Shown in pieces: positions 60,078 through 64,000 of a stretch of 64,000 nt of DNA (positions are counted from its first letter, which is position 1; every line of letters begins with the position of its first letter). Source of the DNA: Brumimicrobium sp. (GTDB taxonomy: Bacteria; Bacteroidota; Bacteroidia; Flavobacteriales_D; Crocinitomicaceae); NCBI GenBank assembly GCA_040882265.1, contig JBBEBO010000157.1:14778-78777 (forward strand), read 5' to 3'. The notes below the pieces were generated by a model, which searched no databases, was not told the DNA's origin, and was given only the letters and a program-made list of their open reading frames with translations. Both the position numbers and the translations under genes were made by a program.

Positions 60078-61115
60078 ATGAAAAACGAACTTTTAGCAAT
60101 AAGAAAGTTATTATTGATTATAGTAGTGCCCTTGGTACTTTATTTATTAAATGTACTTTCTTTAATATTTATTCCTCTGGTATTTGCATTATTTGGGTCT
60201 TTACTTTTTATGCCGCTTATGCGTTGGTTTGCTAAAAAAAGAATTCCTAATTTTTTGGGAATTATTGCAGTTATTTTGATAATATCAGTTGGATTAAAAG
60301 GTGCTTACGAAGTTGTTCAACTTTCTGGGAAGGAAATTTCAAGTGCTAATGAAGATTTTTATCAGAAATTTGATAGTAAGCTCAATGATATTATAAGCCC
60401 TGTTATCGACTTTATGGGAATTGATGTTTCTGAAGGAGAAACAGATTTAGAGGCATTTATGAATGATGAAAAAGTTAGTTCTAATTTATTTGGTAATGTT
60501 GGAAGCGGGTTGAATTTTGCCAGAAAATTTGTAAGTATGCTTTTAATGACAATATTCTTTATGGTCTTATTGCTAGCTGGATCTATGAACATCCAAAAAG
60601 TGATGGAATTATTGATTTTTAAACAGCGATTTTCTTCGGTCAAAACGTTTAGACAAATAGAAAAAGATATTTTTAAATTTATTGTAGTTAAATTCTTTTT
60701 AAGTCTTTTTACTGGAATAGGTTTTGGTTTGGCGTGTTATTTCTTTGATGTAAGCTTTCCTATTTTTTGGGGCTTATTTGCATTTTTGATCAACTTTATT
60801 CAGATGATAGGCTCTGTAATATCTGTTGTTGTTTTATCTGCTTTTGCATTGGTAGAATTAGATCAAACAGGCACACTTCTTGTGTTTGTACTTGTAATTA
60901 CTGGCGTACAAGTATTATTTGGCGGAATATTAGAACCTATTCTAATGGGTAAATCTTTCTCAATTAATACCGTTACGGTACTCTTTATGCTAGCGCTTTG
61001 GGGCTTCATCTGGGGGATTCCAGGCTTGATTTTATCTATTCCAATTACAGCTTTGGTGAAAAAAATTATGGAACAGTTCCCAGGCACACAGGTTTATGCT
61101 AGAATTATGTCGTAA
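60078..61115 (+). CDS. AI-2E (PerM/TqsA) family transporter
   Basis: WGLFAFLINFI...IG, LEPILMG and WGFIWGIPGLILSIP. Confidence 0.92.
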   Translation: MKNELLAIRKLLLIIVVPLVLYLLNVLSLIFIPLVFALFGSLLFMPLMRWFAKKRIPNFLGIIAVILIISVGLKGAYEVVQLSGKEISSANEDFYQKFDSKLNDIISPVIDFMGIDVSEGETDLEAFMNDEKVSSNLFGNVGSGLNFARKFVSMLLMTIFFMVLLLAGSMNIQKVMELLIFKQRFSSVKTFRQIEKDIFKFIVVKFFLSLFTGIGFGLACYFFDVSFPIFWGLFAFLINFIQMIGSVISVVVLSAFALVELDQTGTLLVFVLVITGVQVLFGGILEPILMGKSFSINTVTVLFMLALWGFIWGIPGLILSIPITALVKKIMEQFPGTQVYARIMS

Positions 61116-61117
61116 AT

Positions 61118-61153
61118 AAAAAAGTCCGCCACGTAATTTGTGACGGACTTTTT
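61118..61153. terminator. Bidirectional intrinsic terminator (AI-2E gene / ssb cluster)
   Basis: AAAAAAGTCCGCCAC-GTAATTT-GTGACGGACTTTTT; the single mismatch is a G-U pair on the minus strand. Confidence 0.85.
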
Positions 61154-61232
61154 AAACTAACTTAACCATAAATCAAACTTGATTAAGGCGGTCGGCTAAG
61201 TTGATGTTTTTGGTGCTTAAGTTAGGTTGACT

Positions 61233-61550
61233 TTATAATGCAATTGCTTTTCTAACTTCTATTGCGGTTATTGATTTTTGCTTTCCTTCTTTAGAAAGAA
61301 ATTTTTGTGTTACTAATTTCCCAGTGATTGCTAGCTGTGTACCTTTTTTACCAGATTTAGCAATGTAGTTTGCTGTTGGGCCCCATGCATACAAATTATG
61401 CCAGAAAGTCTTTTGCTTTTTCTCACCTGATTTTGATGCGTAATATTCATTAGTAGCTAAAGTAAACCTTACTTTTTTTGCCCCACTTTCAAAATTTGTG
61501 ATTTCTGGGTCTATACCTACGTTGCCGATTAATTGAACTTGATTTTTCAT
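61233..61550 (-). CDS. ssb: Single-stranded DNA-binding protein paralogue 3 (tail-less, basic)
   Basis: NQVQLIGNVGIDPE, LATNE, WHNLYAWG and GKL; ends with the OB fold; no DDxPF tip. Confidence 0.88.
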   Translation of the reverse strand: MKNQVQLIGNVGIDPEITNFESGAKKVRFTLATNEYYASKSGEKKQKTFWHNLYAWGPTANYIAKSGKKGTQLAITGKLVTQKFLSKEGKQKSITAIEVRKAIAL

Positions 61551-61579
61551 TTTCTTAATTTTTATTTGCTTAATTCTAT

Positions 61580-61909
61580 TTATAATATTACTAGATCGTT
61601 GATCTCTACTTCTGTAAAAGCTTTTTTCTGTCCAGTTTTACTATTGTAAAATCTAGAGCGCAATTTACCTTCTATTGCAAGTGCCTGACCTTTACTCCCG
61701 AGTTGTTCGAGTACACTTACCCATTTACCCCATGCGGTAATGTTGTGCCAATTATTAATAGATTTTGTTTGGCCTTCATCGTCAAGATAGGTTTCTCGAG
61801 TTGATAATGAAAAACGTGCTATTCGTTTTCCGTCTTTAAGTTCTACAAACTTTGGGTCGCTTGACATTTGTCCTATTAAATTTACGTGGTTCATTTGATT
61901 AATTGTCAT
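61580..61909 (-). CDS. ssb: Single-stranded DNA-binding protein paralogue 2 (tail-less)
   Basis: NHVNLIGQMSSDP, WHNITAWG and IEGKLRSR; start probably 61909 (ORF open to 61936); no acidic tail. Confidence 0.88.
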   Translation of the reverse strand: MTINQMNHVNLIGQMSSDPKFVELKDGKRIARFSLSTRETYLDDEGQTKSINNWHNITAWGKWVSVLEQLGSKGQALAIEGKLRSRFYNSKTGQKKAFTEVEINDLVIL

Positions 61910-61946
61910 AATTATATTGATTAAATTAAAATTCATTTAAAAACTT

Positions 61947-61997
61947 ACCTAAATGCGAGGATGTCTATTTTTTTCGACACCCTCGCTGTGATTAGGT
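61947..61997 (-). other. Strong intergenic mRNA hairpin between ssb paralogues 1 and 2
   Basis: Minus strand GCGAGGGUGUC-GAAAAAAAUA-GACAUCCUCGC (11 bp, one G-U), extended by ACCUAA/UUAGGU. Confidence 0.7.
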
Positions 61998-62007
61998 GGC
62001 ATAAATG

Positions 62008-62379
62008 CTACGCTTTTTCTTTTTTATCTGTGTTAGACTTGTTTTTATCACGACTCAAAAGCATAAACTCACGAAGATTTATTTCCGTTTTATAGCGTTT
62101 TTCACCTTCCTTTGTGGTGTATGAGTCATTTACAAGCTTGCCTTCTAACACTATTTCAGAGCCTTTTTTCAATAGCTTGTTGCAAAGTTCTGCACTCTTG
62201 CCCCACGCTACAATGTTATGCCATTGTGTGTTCTCTACCCACTCGCCTTCTTTGTTTTTGTACGATTCGTTCGTAGCCACTCTAAAACGTGTAAGCATGT
62301 TGCCGCCTTCTAAAGTTTTAAATTCAGGATCTACTCCCAGGTTCCCGATTAAACTAACTGTGTTTCTTAACGTGTTCAT
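62008..62379 (-). CDS. ssb: Single-stranded DNA-binding protein paralogue 1 (no acidic tip)
   Basis: NTVSLIGNLGVDPE, VATNESY, TQWHNIVAWG, LEGKL and RYKTEI; ends DKKEKA. Confidence 0.92.
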   Translation of the reverse strand: MNTLRNTVSLIGNLGVDPEFKTLEGGNMLTRFRVATNESYKNKEGEWVENTQWHNIVAWGKSAELCNKLLKKGSEIVLEGKLVNDSYTTKEGEKRYKTEINLREFMLLSRDKNKSNTDKKEKA

Positions 62380-62448
62380 GTCTGTAAATTTTTAATTAAT
62401 AATAGTTTGAACATTTCGTCATAAGCTGACTCTCAGCGATTGACACTG

Positions 62449-62516
62449 CAAAGTTGAGACAAGTGCTTTCCTATATTCGGTTGTTTGTCGATTGTTGTCG
62501 AATATCTTTCGTTTGT
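62449..62516 (-). promoter_or_regulatory. ssb-cluster promoter: near-consensus -7 element plus four phased ACAANCGA(A/C)-like repeats
   Basis: CAACTTTG at 62456-62449; repeats at plus-strand 62476, 62487, 62497 and 62508. Confidence 0.6.
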
Positions 62517-62667
62517 AAGTAATTAAAACCGTTTATTGGTCTTATTTTACTGGTGATTTTAGAAATTGGAAAATTGAAAAAATTTAAACTTTTTTATTAG
62601 CAAACGATATTAACTTCATAATAAAGGATGATTCCTGTGTTGATTTCACCATATTCTGAAGATAAAC

Positions 62668-63339
62668 ATGCTTAGTACAAATTTTCTTTCTATATTTAAA
62701 GCTATAACATTAAAACACTTAACAAATCATACCTTTTTGAAAAAGAAAACTTTTTTACTTTTCATTACAATTTTCATCCTCAGTTTTTTTAACTGCTTGA
62801 TGGCTCAAAACAGCTCATCAACTAAAGAGAGGGGTGATGGTTTGTTTGGAAGTAGTATTTATGTTGGTGCAGGTTACGGATATGGATATTATACACGTAT
62901 ATGGACAGATTACCCTTACTCTGCAATTACTGGAAAGATTGGAAATAGATGGAAGTTAAAAGGTTCACATCACGCTATATACAATTTTGGCATTCAATTT
63001 ACTTGGCTAACTATTTCTATAAACGAGAACCTTGCTCCACAAAAAGAGTACTTTCCATTTGGGGTCGGCTTTGCTGGCATTGGAATTTCAAATATGTTTA
63101 GAGCCAATAAGAGCTTTGGCTTTGAGGTGAATATAAACTTAATGCCACATATTCAGAAAAAAAGTAATCACAACAATCGTTATATTGGCCCAATGGTAAA
63201 CCTTGAATTAAGAATGAGGTATAAAGCATTTTATATTGGTTTAGATTCAGGGGTTTCCATAAACATAAGCGTACCAGATTTTATTCTTGGAGGCTATTCA
63301 GGTCTAAAACTTGGTTTTAATTTATTTGCTAAAGAATAG
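62668..63339 (+). CDS. Hypothetical exported protein, probable outer-membrane beta-barrel (start uncertain)
   Basis: Signal-like hydrophobic stretch, Gly/aromatic-rich strands, C-terminal 'LKLGFNLF'. Confidence 0.55.
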   Translation: MLSTNFLSIFKAITLKHLTNHTFLKKKTFLLFITIFILSFFNCLMAQNSSSTKERGDGLFGSSIYVGAGYGYGYYTRIWTDYPYSAITGKIGNRWKLKGSHHAIYNFGIQFTWLTISINENLAPQKEYFPFGVGFAGIGISNMFRANKSFGFEVNINLMPHIQKKSNHNNRYIGPMVNLELRMRYKAFYIGLDSGVSINISVPDFILGGYSGLKLGFNLFAKE

Positions 63340-63420
63340 TTTCGTTCTTTTATATTCGTACTCCTATTACACATACGTCATCTATCCATGATGCATTGAT
63401 CAGAATCTTGATGTTGCAAG

Positions 63421-63999
63421 TCATAGTCTCACGCCAATGACACAAACATCATCGACTTGCTCAAACTCCCCCTTCCAATCTTCAAATGTTTTTTTTATAA
63501 TTTGTTTCTGCTCTTCCATCGAGTTTTCTTGGATTTGAAACAACAATTTTTTGAAATTGCCTGATTTAAATTTCTTGTTCTTCTCTCCTCCAAATTGATC
63601 TTGATAGCCATCAGTAAATATGTAAACGGAATCACCTGCCTGAAGTTTCAATTCGTGTTTCGTATAAGGCTTTGGGTTTTCATGTTTTCCAATCGGTTGT
63701 TTGTCGGCTTTTATTTCTTCTACTTGATCTGAATCTTTACGGATGATCCAAAGCGGATTGTTTGCGCCAGACCAACTTAATGAAAGAGTTGTCAACGAAA
63801 GAGAGCAAATTGAAATATACATTCCGTCTTTTACCGCTTCTTCTGACTTCTCAAACTCCTGAACAACTATCTCTTGTGTTTTATTAAGGATTTCATCGGG
63901 ACCTGTCAACTCATATTCTCTTACGCTTCTGTTTAATCCATTGTTGCAAACAACACTCACCATTGCGCCAGGAACTCCATGACCCGTACAGTCAGCAGC
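63421..63999 (-). CDS. SpoIIE/PP2C (RsbU-like) Ser phosphatase domain protein, 5' truncated by window edge
   Basis: AADCTGHGVPGAM read from the window end, DGMYIS, FTDGYQDQFGG and QVDDVCVIG. Confidence 0.9.
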   Translation of the reverse strand, partial: AADCTGHGVPGAMVSVVCNNGLNRSVREYELTGPDEILNKTQEIVVQEFEKSEEAVKDGMYISICSLSLTTLSLSWSGANNPLWIIRKDSDQVEEIKADKQPIGKHENPKPYTKHELKLQAGDSVYIFTDGYQDQFGGEKNKKFKSGNFKKLLFQIQENSMEEQKQIIKKTFEDWKGEFEQVDDVCVIGVRL

Positions 64000-64000
64000 G

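Noticed and set aside
1333-62395. Many short ORFs in the supplied track lying antisense to or within long genes (e.g. 1333-1650, 2435-2806, 21285-21524, 33111-33464, 62114-62395)
   Set aside because: They are shadow frames of well-supported genes, with no recognisable motifs.

Overview
AT-rich chromosomal window from a Bacteroidota genome. T9SS C-terminal domains, TAnnTTTG promoters and a MurF-Alr fusion support this; a Flavobacteriales (possibly Crocinitomicaceae/Cryomorphaceae-like) assignment is inference only. Most genes are housekeeping: serS, aspS, nrdB-nrdA, rdgB, dusB, tdk, udk, lspA, dksA-like, murF-alr, hmgA-hppD, SulP plus beta-carbonic anhydrase, four GT4-type glycosyltransferases, three T9SS cargo proteins and several signalling proteins. 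Two small accessory inserts are present: a wHTH-Fic gene and an MNT-HEPN toxin-antitoxin pair. I saw no rRNA, tRNA, CRISPR array, transposase or integrase. The most unusual locus is at 61.1-62.5 kb: three tandem, strongly diverged SSB paralogues, none with the acidic C-terminal tail. They are preceded by four helically phased repeats, separated by a strong mRNA hairpin after the first gene, and followed by a long 3' hairpin and a terminator. Other notable signals are a 22-bp-phased four-site operator before a Fic gene whose catalytic His is Gln, a PPP-ending leader ORF before the SulP/carbonic anhydrase operon, a DnaA box upstream of nrdBA, and a MurF-Alr fusion with a degenerate MurF active site. 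All product calls come from motif recognition by eye; no database searches were run.
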